Positions 13,176-25,468 of a DNA stretch of 64,000 nt are shown here, one piece after another. Position numbers and translations under genes: made by a program. Under the pieces are notes generated by a model, which did not search any database, had not been told where the DNA came from, and saw only the letters and a program-made list of their open reading frames with translations. The stretch comes from Octopus sinensis (taxonomy: Eukaryota): positions 143,840,001 to 143,904,000 of the forward strand of contig NC_042999.1 of assembly GCF_006345805.1 (NCBI RefSeq), read 5' to 3'. Within the stretch, counting starts at the first letter, position 1. Every line of letters starts with the position of its first letter.

Positions 13176-13996
13176 CGCTATCCATCCACATACACACAAG
13201 AACACACACGCACACTCACACACACATACACATACACCACACACACACACACACTTATATGTGCTTGAACGTGCGATTAAGGCAGGATTATACATGTGGA
13301 TGTGTGCATGTGAGCATGTATGTGTTTGCTTGTTTGTGTGTATGTGCGTGTATGTGTGTGTATGTGATGGAATGCCGGGAAGATATTGTGCATGAGAGAG
13401 AGAGTGAGAGAGAGAGAATAGTGAGGGCATTTGTATATGACTGATTGTCTTAGTGATATCAGTTGTCTGCATGTGTCTGTGTGAATGTCTTATATGCGCG
13501 AATGCGTAAGTAGCCTGATCAAGATGACATCAAAGAGCATAAATCATGCGTGCTACTGAAGACTTTGGCAGTGTTAATTAACTTTTAATTAGAACTAAAC
13601 ATAGCGATGTTGGTTGCAATCTCAGAAGCTGCTCTTTCATTCCATTTCAGAGGCTATCACTGTTCGGAACTTGTTATTTGTGATATATTCATGCAATACA
13701 GCTATGTGATATGTCTATCTGATAGCAAGATATCAGCAAAATAAAATGCATTTATTAGAAATTAATTGCTCTCTCTGTGATTTGCATCTATGTATGTATG
13801 TATGTATGTATGTATGTATGTATGTATGTATGTATGTATGTATGTGTGTGTATGTATGTATGTACGCATGAACGGATGTATATGTGCGTATGGATATGCA
13901 TGTGTGTGTTTGTATGTATATGAATGTAAATTACATTTAGCTATACAGTCAGTACTCAATAACTAAAGCTGAATATATATATATATATGTGTGTGT

Positions 13997-14038
<42 letters not shown>

Positions 14039-14051
14039 ATATATATATTTT

Positions 14052-14441
14052 TAAGAAAAATAAAAACGGAAAATACGCACACTTACATGGTTATAGTATA
14101 ATTTTTAATGTATCGACTGGTTTCGCAATCGCTATTCATGATACAATGTTTAATTTATATGAAAATATATTTTTTGTTAAGAAGAAAATGGGTCCATGTT
14201 GTTTATAATGAGATTCACGAGTGAATGCTTTTACAAGAATGATTTTACTTGTCAACTTGTAAAATCATTCACTCGTGAATTTCATTATAAACAACATGGA
14301 CCCATTTTCTTCTTAAGAAAAAATATATTTTCATATAAATTAAACATTGTATCATGAATAGCGATTGCGAAACCGGTCGATGCATTAAAAATTATACTAT
14401 AACCATGTAAGTGTGCGTATTTTCCGTTTTTATTTTTCTTA
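14052..14441. mobile_element. Near-perfect fold-back element
   Basis: Arms 14052-14237 and 14256-14441 are reverse complements with few mismatches. Embedded in TA/TG microsatellite. Confidence 0.9.
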
Positions 14442-14784
14442 TATACATTACAATCCACCACGTGGGGACAACCGAAGTTCCTCTTTACTGTTACTACTAT
14501 ATACATATATATATATGTATGTATGTATGTATACATACGTACATACATACATGCATACATATATATGTATATATGTGTATGTGTATACACACACGCACAC
14601 ACACACATGTGAGAGGTTTTGCTATCCAGAAGTCCCAAAAGGCAAGTACAATTATGTAAGTGCTACGGAAGGATCACTGTTAGACTCCTGGTTCGATAAT
14701 AGTATGAGTGAGGAGTCTAACGGGGGCTGTGTAAGAAAACCGAGGCAGTGTGAAATTTCTAGGACATTTATAAAGAGAAAGGTA

Positions 14785-14832
14785 GTCTTACCGCTGTTTC
14801 AGTGTTATAAAAGATATCCCATCATCAGAGAC
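14785..14832 (-). ncRNA. Degenerate hammerhead motif
   Basis: GTCT-CTGATGA-T-GGGATATCTTTTATAACACT-GAAA-CAGCGG-TA/AGAC. Core, GUA triplet and 4-bp stem I are present; stem II is damaged. Confidence 0.55.
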
Positions 14833-15205
14833 GATATGAGAGAGTTAACTGGAAGGAAATAGTAGAGTTCAATATAAGAAGTTATTTTGGAAAGGGAGAG
14901 ACATAGGAAGTATAAAGGGAAATATGAGAATAAAAATAAAAATAAAAATATATGCAGGATGTTATAGTTGTTCCGTTATCCAAGTAATGTGTTGTGAAGA
15001 ATGGGTAAAAAAGCTTCTTGTCCATGGTATATAAATTCCGATAGGAATTCTACCATGGACAAGAAGCCTTTTTAACCATTCCACATAGTACATTGTTTGG
15101 ATAACGGAGCAGCAACTTTAAAATCCAACATATATTTTTATTTTTAAAAAGGCTTCGTTTTAGATAGACAGACAGAGAGACAGACAGACTGACAGACAGA
15201 CAGAC

Positions 15206-15260
<55 letters not shown>

Positions 15261-15349
15261 CACACAACAATATATATATATATATATATATATCTATATA
15301 TACATATATATTATACATATATATACAAACACACACACACACACGCATA

Positions 15350-15711
15350 AATTAGTGTACATTTATGCACAAAGAGGCAAGCCTTTAACAGGTTGCCTAA
15401 CATACTAGAAAGAAGAGTCAACGAGTCTAAACCACAGTTAAGAGCAATTTCGAAGGGAATAAAAAATAAAAACATTTACCATGTTTTACAGCCGGACCTC
15501 AGATTTCGAACTTTAATCAGCAAATAAAATAATTTGCAAGGCGAAGTTCTCATCAGCGGTTACACCAAAACATTAATATATAAATTAGAGACCAAATAAC
15601 ACGTATCTCATCGTTATATATTATAGTTTTTCAAATCCACCGCTATTCTTTCTAGTATGTTAGGCAACCTGCTAAAGGCTTGCCTCTTTGTGTATAAATG
15701 TACACTAAATT
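15350..15711 (-). mobile_element. Inverted-repeat-bounded non-autonomous element carrying a hammerhead
   Basis: About 64-bp TIRs (15350-15413 vs 15647-15711, few mismatches) enclose the motif at 15481-15573. Confidence 0.8.
15481..15573 (-). ncRNA. Type I hammerhead ribozyme motif with bulged stem I and extended stem II
   Basis: ATGTTTT-GGTG-TAACCG-CTGATGA-GAACTT-(GCAAAT/ATTTGC hairpin)-AAGTTC-GAAA-TC-TGA-GG-TC/CGGCTG-T-AAAACAT. Confidence 0.85.
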
Positions 15712-15783
15712 TTATATGAAAAATATGTCTATTGAGTTTGTATACATACTAGGCCACTGGCAGAAAACAATTTCTATAATTTT

Positions 15784-15815
<32 letters not shown>

Positions 15816-15840
15816 AGCAAGAAGTTAGAAAAAATTAAGG

Positions 15841-16069
15841 GGTATTATTTATTCAACATTACACATGTTCCATTTGCTAATGCGAATTACAAAGCTTTAC
15901 ATATAAGAAATTTCCTATTAGAAATTTTCAGTAGAAAATCAAATAATATTATTTGATTCTCTGTCTGAAGAATTTCTTATAGGAAATTCCTTACTTGTTG
16001 ATCCAACATGTAGAACTTTCTAATTTCTCTTAGCAAATGGAACATGTGTAATGCTGAATTAACAATACC
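15841..16069. mobile_element. Fold-back element
   Basis: Outer arms ...CATTACACATGTTCCATTTGCTAA / TTAGCAAATGGAACATGTGTAATG, plus inner self-complementary segments closing on AATCAAATA-ATAT-TATTTGATT. Confidence 0.8.
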
Positions 16070-16273
16070 TAAAAAGTGTTTCCAAATTCCTATTTTGATA
16101 CGTAATAACTCTGCAAACAGGTTCAGAATTTTCAACTCTAGTACCTATATCACATAAATACAACTACTACATAATGGATTGTAATACTGGAATACCCAGA
16201 TGTGCTTCCAGAAGACACAACTCGGCTTTCCCCCTACCTACACAGTATGCATGTATGTATGTATGTATGTATG

Positions 16274-16302
<29 letters not shown>

Positions 16303-16304
<2 letters not shown>

Positions 16305-16415
16305 GTCGTTATTCACTTTATTTCAAAATTTCTTGCCAATAGAAAAAGAACCGGCTTGTAACCTAGATCCAAGGTTCCTTCATTGGAATTTCAACATCAA
16401 CAACAGGATATTTTT
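16303..16415. repeat. Short interspersed repeat flanked by (TATG)n, copy 1
   Basis: Matches 22016-22107 (TTATTTCAA...CTTGCCAAT.GA.AAAGA.CC.G...TAACCTAG...AATTTCAACAT...TATTTTTG). Both copies adjoin TATG tracts. Confidence 0.75.
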
Positions 16416-16570
16416 GTATGTATGTATGTATGTATGTATGTATGTATGTATGTATGTATGTATGTATGTATGTATGTATGTATCTATGTATTCTCATGCA
16501 TATAGTTGCATATCTAGACATGCTCATATATATTTAAATACTGTATGTATGTATATATATATATATAGAA

Positions 16571-16610
<40 letters not shown>

Positions 16611-17144
16611 ATATGGGCTTAAAATTGTACAAGATTTGTTTAAGTAGCTACGGCTTTGTCTCGAAATCCTTTCTAACGGAAATTTTAAAAAGCTGAAATA
16701 TATATTTATAGTTTAGGCAGATCAATTGATAGAATGTTCAAGAAAAAAAAATTAATATTACATGATTGCAGTACATAAACTTGAAAATTCACTTTTATGA
16801 AAGCGAAATATAATATGTGTGTTGAAGTATTATGTTTACTTCCTTCTTTACCTATCTACCAACATACTTATATACATACATACATATAAGCATGCATACA
16901 AATAACACACACACACAAATAACTATTAACACATACACACATGCAAGTATGCATACACATACACAAAAACATACGTACATGTATGTAAGCGTACATACGC
17001 ACACATGTCTACGTATAGCGACATATGCATCATACGCATATATATATATATAAATACATACTGATACACATACATACACGCACACACACACACACACAAC
17101 ACCACACACACCCACACACCACACACACACACACACACAATACA

Positions 17145-17183
<39 letters not shown>

Positions 17184-17829
17184 GCGTATATGAAGATTAA
17201 GATTTGTGGTGACCAACATATCTTAATCTTAGTAGATACATTCTGGTTGTTATAGAACTTATGTCGACATTAACTTTGACATTGGTTTTTATGTTTCCTA
17301 CATGACATGTTGAAAATTGTACATAATAATCTTGGGGAGGCAACATCCAAACACTTTGGAAAGGTTTTAGCTGGTGTCCATGTTTTAGTTCAATACATTA
17401 CTGTTTCACTGCTGTTTCACTGCCTTAGAGGTCGATTTAGATATAGTTTCTATATTGTCATTTTTCTAGGTTCTGACAGGATATTAACATTCATAAAGCT
17501 TGAGCTATATGAGCATTAATATCCTGTCCTGAGTTAGCCAGGCTTCTAGGCTCTGGAAATCTTCCACTTTTCAGTATATATTAAATGTGTGTGTGTGCGC
17601 GTGCGTGTATATGCATATATATATTGTAGACATCATAAGAATGTTTAAATGTCGGCAAAATGTGAAATAATTCTCTTTTGGAATAGTGACTCCTAAAAGT
17701 GTCGAAGGCAGTTTTGAATTTTGTTTTATCCAAAAGGGGTTTTCAACCCAAAATTTACATTAGCTTTATTGCGTTCTTCGAGTTTGATATGTATGTACAC
17801 ATAAAAGTACATGCATACATATCCACAAG

Positions 17830-17998
17830 TTTCTTTTAACTTTTTTTATTCTCTCTCTGTTTATTTCATCGCGTTCTATTCTGTTGAAGAGCGTAAGCTC
17901 GAAACGTAAAAGACTTTCTCACCTTCCCGAGCGTCAAGCTATTACACCTGCTTGTTATTTATACACCTGTCTTCGCCTTTTGCTTTTCTGTAAATTTC

Positions 17999-18000
<2 letters not shown>
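17830..18000 (+). mobile_element. Penelope-like terminal repeat fragment
   Basis: GAAGAGCGTAAGCTCGAAACGTAAAAGACTTT...CACCTGTCTTCG. The same family occurs at about 42680-42832 (+), with a relative at about 60680-60880 (-). PLE assignment is inference. Confidence 0.5.
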
Positions 18001-18048
<48 letters not shown>

Positions 18049-18061
18049 GTGTGTGTGTATG

Positions 18062-18515
18062 TAGGCGTAGGAGTAGTAAGTAGCTTGCTTACGAACCACC
18101 TGGTCCGGTTCATCCCCCACTGCGTGGCACTTGGGCAAGTGTCTTCTACTATAGCCTCGGGCCAACCAAAGCCTTGTGAGTGGATTTGGTAGACGGAAAC
18201 TGAAATAAGCCCGTCGTATATATATAATATATATTATATATGCATATGTTGTATGTATATATATATATATTATATGTATGTGTGGTGTATGTAATGTGTG
18301 TGTGTGTGTGTGTGGTTGTGTGTTTGTGTGTCTGTGTTTGTTTGTCCCCCCACACGCTTGACAACCTATGCTGGCATGTTTACGTCCCCGTAACTTAGCG
18401 GTTCCGCAAGAGAGACCGATAGAATAAGTACTAGGCTTACAAGGAATAAGTCCTGGGTCGATTTGCTCGAGTAAAGGCGGTGCTCCAGCATGGACTCAGT
18501 CAAATGACTGAAACA
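18062..18515 (+). mobile_element. tRNA-derived SINE with internal microsatellite
   Basis: Degenerate tRNA-like head, CTTGGGCAAGTGTCTTCTACTATAGCC segment, internal TA/TG tract, then GACCGATAGAATAAGTACTAGGCTT core and GTCAAATGACTGAAAC tail. Confidence 0.75.
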
Positions 18516-18612
18516 TATATATATATCTGCATATATATATATAAATATTATATATATTGTGTGTGTGTATGTGTATGTATCATGATGTATATATACATAG
18601 CATTATGATATA

Positions 18613-18668
<56 letters not shown>

Positions 18669-19538
18669 TATATATATATATATATATATTATATATTAAA
18701 TAAGTATAATAAAAGGGACAAGAACGTAAATACACAAAGAGACGACACAAAAAACGGACGGGTCATTCGAAGCCTTTAATCTTCATCAGGAACCGGGTCA
18801 TCATAGCAAATTTCGGCTGATTAATCCTGATATTGCTCCGAAACGGCCAGCCCCAAGGAAAAATAAGCTGCGCGAGCATTAGTTTTCTTGAAAAAGGATC
18901 GAATGTAAACGAAACAAGGACAGAAAAACGGACGAAGCCACACGAATAAAAATACAAAAAACAAAAATAAAATTAAAAACAAGAATGGTAATAACAGGAC
19001 AACAGCAGGTGTCTTACGACTTTAGACAAATTTAACTTATCTAGCAGGCGTGTTTTGAAAAAATGCCTTTTCGGCGGACGAAGACAATGTTGAACCGGCA
19101 GCGGTCACCAGCGGAATGGCTAGTTGATCAGCAGGTCACGTGAGAGTAGAGAGAGAGAGAGAAAGAGAGAGAAGGAATTAAAGAGGGTGGAAGGAAGAGG
19201 GGGGAAGAAACAGAGCGCGCATATATATATGTATATGATTGTCTGTTACAGCTCATAACACAAACGAGCTACATTGCTATATTTAACTATGAACTCAAGC
19301 AAACGCTTATGTACTGCTTTTTTTAAATATTTCAAAAGCAGATTTAACAATATCCGCGTACAATATTTTATATAAATTTTGCATAAAAAATTAGTCATGA
19401 TTGCTCCAGAAGAAAAAGGTACGTAACAAGAAAAAGGAGGAAGAAGCGATAAGTAGGAAAAAGGGAGGGTAGATAACACAGGAAAGAGAAAAAATATATG
19501 TAAGTGTAGTAAGAACGCTGAATATAAGCTCGAATGTT

Positions 19539-19611
<73 letters not shown>

Positions 19612-19999
19612 GAGAGAGAGAATGAGGGGTGGGGAGAAAAATAGAGATTAAGTGACTCGTAAGAATAAGGGAGAGGTAATCGCAGGCGGATTAGCAGACA
19701 AGCATTTAGGTTGGAAAATGAGGAATAGAGAAGTGAAAAATGAAAGTAGAAGGAACAATAGCTTCAATATCTTATGATATTTGTTTTAGAAGAAATTCAT
19801 ATATAAATATGCATAAGTACAGACTGATATTTGTTTGTCATGGGCAATACAGACTACTACGTGGTTTCACAGTTAACGACATTCCAACAAACACCATACT
19901 TCATACCAGCCAAACTATATTACAGGCTAAAACAACTGACCACTGCCCCTTTTCTACGATATGGCAAATACCAGGTCCAACCGCAACGATCATAATAGT

Positions 20000-20640
20000 A
20001 ATAATCAGGGTGATATATCAGTGAACTATGCCCTAAAAAATTTTTTCAAGGAAAAATAACTGGCTTTGAAGTACTCTCTCAAAGTAGGTAAAATACCAAC
20101 AGACATGGTATTAAAAATTGTTAATGAAATTGGAGACGACTATTTAACACCTGTCTATATGCCTTGTCTACTACCGCAAAGCAATACATGAACGACACTC
20201 AAAACGTAAATAAAACCAAAACAACGAAGAAAGTGCCATCATCAGTTTTTGAAGATAGAAAAAAAGATAGCTGATTTACGGAAGACTATCAGCCATGTTA
20301 TGATACTTATTGCTTGAAAGCAAGCAAATCCCTAACAAAAAGTGAAAAGGAGAAAGAAACGATGTTTGGGGTTAGCAAAAAAAAAAATGAGAACATTCAT
20401 GTACAAACTTATCACCCTCAAACAGGAGATAAAAGTTGTCATTGAGAAACTCCATCATCTGAAGAGAATAACAGAAAGAAAAAACAATAAACAAAAAATT
20501 TAACCCGAACCAGGCAGCAGTGTCAAGAGGCATGAGAGGAGAAGCAGAAGACATCATAGAAGCTCCTTCACGAGAAGACATAGACTCCTTTTGGAGGAAA
20601 ATCTGGTGTGAAGAGATTACTTCTGCATTACACTCAAGAC
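20000..20640 (+). mobile_element. R4/Dong-clade LINE, decayed N-terminal ORF fragment
   Basis: IADLRKTISH and KTINKKFNPNQAAVSRGMRG...APSREDIDSFWRKIW parallel EQNKKFNSDPKKFYQEL...APTAEELEEFWREIW in the 33-36 kb element. Confidence 0.6.
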
Positions 20641-20789
20641 ATATAGCATTGATAGAGACATCCCACTAACTGTTCTACTTGTATATAAGTATAAACTGTG
20701 GGTATGGGTGTATGATTACCTACTACGTATACTTTCTATTTAGTACTGGGGACGTTTCTTTATGAGGACGTACTCCTGTATTTGTCTGA

Positions 20790-21800
20790 GGGCTGGTTCC
20801 TTTGGGTGCTTGGATAAAATGCAGATGTCAAGTTGTCCTAGATTGCCTCCATGTTGGTAGCATATGGAGGACTGTTTTTGTCGTCATATTGTCTCAAATA
20901 TTCGTTTAGTCTTTCCGCAATGCTCCTAGATATCTTCCCTGTGAATGTCATGTTAATGTCTTTACAAGCATCTTCTATGCATCTTATACTGTAGACTACA
21001 TTTCTAGTTCTACAGTTAATGCCAGAGCTAATCCTACTTACCATGCGGTTATCATTGGTGCATAGGGTATTCTCAAGAGAGTACGTCCTACATAGTTGTG
21101 GTCTGATGGAGTTCCCTGGTTTTTCAACAATCTTAATATTCAGTTTGGTCTCCTTCAGAGCTTTCCTAAATCTACGGCCTAGTTCTCCATAGGCTGTGGC
21201 CTTTACAAGTAGCACACCTAGATATTTGTCGGTTTTATACCACGTGTTCACCCTGTTTGCTTTGTCACAAGCTCTTTGTTTCCTATTCCAGTCATTGCTT
21301 CTATATCTAGGGCAAGTACTACTGGTTTCATTACATATGATGTTATATAACTTCTTTCTAGCACCCCCGTATACTCGAACCCTATCTTCCTGATCACATC
21401 CAGATAATTGCATGCGGTGCATGAAGTTCTGTACGTTTCTTCGTTTCATAGGGTTCGTATAGTGGGGACGCGTTGTTCATTATCCTAACTAAGTATTCTA
21501 TCAGTATGTTAATTTTCATGTTGTGTGACAAAGCTGAGTTCTTGTGAACAACATATTTCGAAGCTATAGGCTTTATGTAACAGGAGTGAAGGAGCTGCAC
21601 TCAGTTGTTTACAGTCTCTAACCAAAGTTCAGTGTCAAGGACGGGGAATCTATTGTTGGGGTGCCTAGTGGTGTAATCTATAGTTACCTTTATACTTTAG
21701 TGGATGGAGTTAGCTACTTGCTGGATATTCTCCATTATGTTCTTCTCAGTTTCTACATTACCGTTACTAGAGTTGGTCTTAACTAGGATATTAATGTCGT
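20790..21800 (-). mobile_element. Penelope-like retroelement fragment (RT end, thumb, GIY-YIG endonuclease)
   Basis: HPNNRFPVLDTELW...YIKP...SALSHNMKINILIEYLVRIMNNAS...FMHRMQLSG...RYRSNDWNRKQR...CRTRNVVYSIRC...TFTGKISRSIAERLNEY. Frameshifted. Confidence 0.85.
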
Positions 21801-22015
21801 CTATACACCGGCTGTATCTTCCAATTAGGCATGAACAGTAGAATCATATGCACATAGTTGTTCAATATAGTGATAGACAGCATATATCTCTGTACGGTGA
21901 TAATCACGTTCTCGCATACCTACCGATGCATGCACACACACACACACAAATGTGCGTATGTGTCTTTTGTATGTATGCATATATGTATGTATGTACGTAT
22001 TATGTATGTATATCA

Positions 22016-22107
22016 TTATTCAGGTTTATTTCAAGATTGCTTGCCAATTGAGAAAGAGCCAGTTTCTAACCTAGTGAAATTTCAACATTATTAACTGGGT
22101 ATTTTTG
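22016..22107. repeat. (TATG)n-flanked repeat, copy 2 (internal deletion)
   Basis: Aligns to 16303-16415 with about 19 nt missing. Confidence 0.7.
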
Positions 22108-22693
22108 CATGTATGTGTGCATGTGTGCAGTATTTGAAGTCAGTGCATGTGCAAATCTCTCCGATTTTATTGTGTGAAAAGTAGTGGAAGGTTTTATGTC
22201 TGAAGGTCGCTTGTTCTATCGGTTATCGTTGCTTAAGGCAGATCACATGATCGGATCAGTTGTAGATTTATGGATGGCAGAGTTTGTTCTTGTGATATTG
22301 CGGTATATATTACATAAGCCTGGCACAAAATGACTTTTTGAGTGTTACCTTGTGGGAACTGATATTTTCCACTTCGATATTGGAAATTAGACAATACTCC
22401 ATGCTTTCATTGTTAAGAGATGCCATAGTTGGTTTCAGGTTCTAAAACTTTTCAGTTACACAAAGTTTAAAATTCCACGGCCTGTTAAATTATTTGGTAG
22501 CTTATCAATGATGTTCCATGTTACTGGAAGGCATGCCAGTCTCTGGTTTCTGTGTTTCCTGATAAATTGTGACCGAATGTAGAAATTTCCTTGTTCTCAT
22601 ATGATTAAATGAAAATATGGAAAACGATCCTTGAAAGTGCTCATACATATTGTTCAGAGTTGCTGTGGTTGACAGGAATATGATTTTTGTTTC

Positions 22694-22793
22694 NNNNNNN
22701 NNNNNNNNNNNNNNNNNNNNNNNNNNNNNNNNNNNNNNNNNNNNNNNNNNNNNNNNNNNNNNNNNNNNNNNNNNNNNNNNNNNNNNNNNNNNN
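22694..22793. other. Assembly gap (100 N)
   Basis: Run of exactly 100 N. Confidence 1.
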
Positions 22794-24099
22794 GTGTGTA
22801 TGCGTGTGCGTGCATGCGTTTGCCTGTTTTTGCTGGCGCGTATACACACACACACACTGACTCGCGCACACACACGCTCATACATGCATGCGCAGCACAC
22901 ACACACACACACACGCACACACACACACACACACAGACTCAAACATGTGTTTGTTGTGTGCGTTTATATGTTCATATTTCCTTTTTCGTAGTCCCTATTC
23001 TTCCTCTTCCGATTAACAATTCTTTCTATTTTTCTTACTGTTTCTGATCTAGACAAAAAGTCAGTAATTTTGAGAGGATAGTTAGTCGATTGCATCGACG
23101 CAATACTTTTCTGGTATTTTGTTTTATCGATCCCGTAGAGAGTAACGACGATCCCATTAAGTTTTGACGGATGAAGCGTTCCAATGCTCTAACCAATGTT
23201 TTTAACGGTATCTAATTTAGTCACTCGGTCAGCAGTTTTTATAGGAAGTATTTAGCCGATTACAAGGATCCCATTACTTAGCTGGTTTTACTGACCACCG
23301 AATGAATGGAAAGTAAAGTTGTGCTCACGGGGATTTGAAAACAATTTGAATGACGAGAAATAATCTTTGCGGAATTTGTTCCAAGTATTTACATTCTGAT
23401 TTCATATTCTTCTGGGGCTAAATTTGCAGTTTATCCCAACGGAGTGAACCTCCGTTAAAAATTGCTGGCCTTGTGTCTGAATTAGAAACAGTTATGATTA
23501 TTAGTATTTAAAATTAACTTCATGCTAAATTAATTGGTAGGGTTGTTCTTCCTGATTTTTGATGAAAACAAGTCTTCTCAAGTGTTAATGATCTTTCTTA
23601 TGATTCTTGCAAAATATAGGATGGCGCTTTTCTTTTGATCAAAAATGCGAGCACAAATTACCACAATTTTCACCTTTGTGTTCCTATTTTGACAGGATCA
23701 CTCCTGCAGTAAGATTTTATAACAATTTTGTTGCAATCTTCGCACTACCGTCTAATCCCTGCATCAATTACCAATTGACGAATAAGCCCATCTTTACTGT
23801 ATTTTGGGACACTTACTATGCATGAGACTATTATGTAAGAATCCAGTCTTATTAACGCAATTGTGATAACGATCTTTATTTGACATTACATTCATAAGGA
23901 CGACTGTAAAGTTGTGGCATCGCAACCTCAGTTGCTTTTATCGAGACACCATTTCTAGAGGGCTTCTAGCTAAAGACACTTATCTCTTTGTGATAGGTCG
24001 ACTTTACCTTTGATCCTTAAGTCCCATTCAAGAACCGGGGTCGATCCCCTCCTCTAAGACTACAGGCCTTATGCGTATAGTAGAAAAAATTATTACTAT

Positions 24100-24935
24100 T
24101 TTATTCATTTATTTATTTTTACTTCTCAGAGTTCTCGGTCTTGCTTGCTCTGGTTGATTCTGTGAGAGTGGACAGCAACCTGTTGTCAGAAGTCTCACAA
24201 GGTTTCTTTCTGTAAATTGCAAGTTTCGGTACTTGGATGTTAAATCATCGTGGAAGACATTCAAATACTCAAGTACCAATCTCAAAATACTAACTGTCCC
24301 TAATAGGCCTTTTAGGGCCTTTTCTGCCCTCATCTCAATTCCAGTTTCTCCGTTCTTATTTCTCGAACCTGGTTGTTAGTGCTCCCAGTACTGCTGCAAA
24401 TACTGGGATAACAGTGACTCGCCGCATTGCCTACATTCTTACAATTTCATCTTTTAAAAGTCTGTATTTCCCCATATTTCCCCTTCATCTACGCGTGCAT
24501 CCCCAGGTATGCAAATATCTATGATTTGGTTGCCTTTTCTCATATATCTACTACAACAATGTCTGATCTCCAAGCATCGAAATCACTCTGGATTGTAAAA
24601 TCCCACAAGACCTTATATTCATTGTTCTCGGTGACACCCTGTGTTTCATGTTTCCGAGCTATGCCAGGCCGTACTTTTCCCACAGTCTCCAGTGAACAAA
24701 CTATGCCACGTTATTGTGACTCCTTTTGCAGTGCTTTTATGCCAGCTTGTTACATTCACTCACAATATGTGAGATTGTTTCGTTTTTGCTGTTATATACC
24801 ACAAAAGAGCGATTCACTACTGTTATCTATTTGGAACTTGATGTAATTAGTCCTCAGAGCTTGTTCTTGGTCGCTGCATATCAATGCCTCAATGCATCTG
24901 TTCAGATCACTTTTTCATAGCCATCTCTAAATGTT
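24100..24935 (-). mobile_element. R4/Dong LINE 3' fragment (CCHC and RLE region), decayed
   Basis: KYRLLKDEIVRM...RVTVIPV...LGA motif on the minus strand; ends in an A/TAA-rich tail. Confidence 0.75.
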
Positions 24936-25426
24936 GGTCTTGTCTTTCTGTTGTAAAATGGGTTCCTCCCACTGGTGTGATGTATGACTGCCGTTGTGTT
25001 GTAGTTGTTGTTTACGCTAGTAGCCACAATAGTTACTAGTCATCGGATACCGTTGTATCTCTTCATACCGGAATAGTAATACGCTAACTTCTGTCTTACC
25101 GGGAGAGGTATACGGTTTCACTATACAACACTTCCCCTTCGATTTCTCTGAGATATTTCCCATGCATTATTTTCATTTTCCGATTGTTTAGTCTTTATTC
25201 TTTATCTTGTTTCTTAAACGTTTTTGGGTGCGCCATATTTACGGTCGGTATTGTGTTATTATTTCTCACAGCGGCATGCAAGGATTCACTCAGCTGTTTG
25301 ATGTACACTCCCATACAGTCCTCGTTGGCAAACAGATCTTACATTCTATGAGGGTTCTTCCCTCCTTATTCATTATTATTATTATTATTATTATTACTAC
25401 TACTACTACTATTATTATTATTATTA

Positions 25427-25457
<31 letters not shown>

Positions 25458-25468
25458 TGTTGTTGTTG

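Noticed and set aside
18755-18790. CTGATGA...CTTCGAAT...GTC on the minus strand
   Set aside because: Stem II overlaps the core, GAAA is GAAT and stem I does not form.
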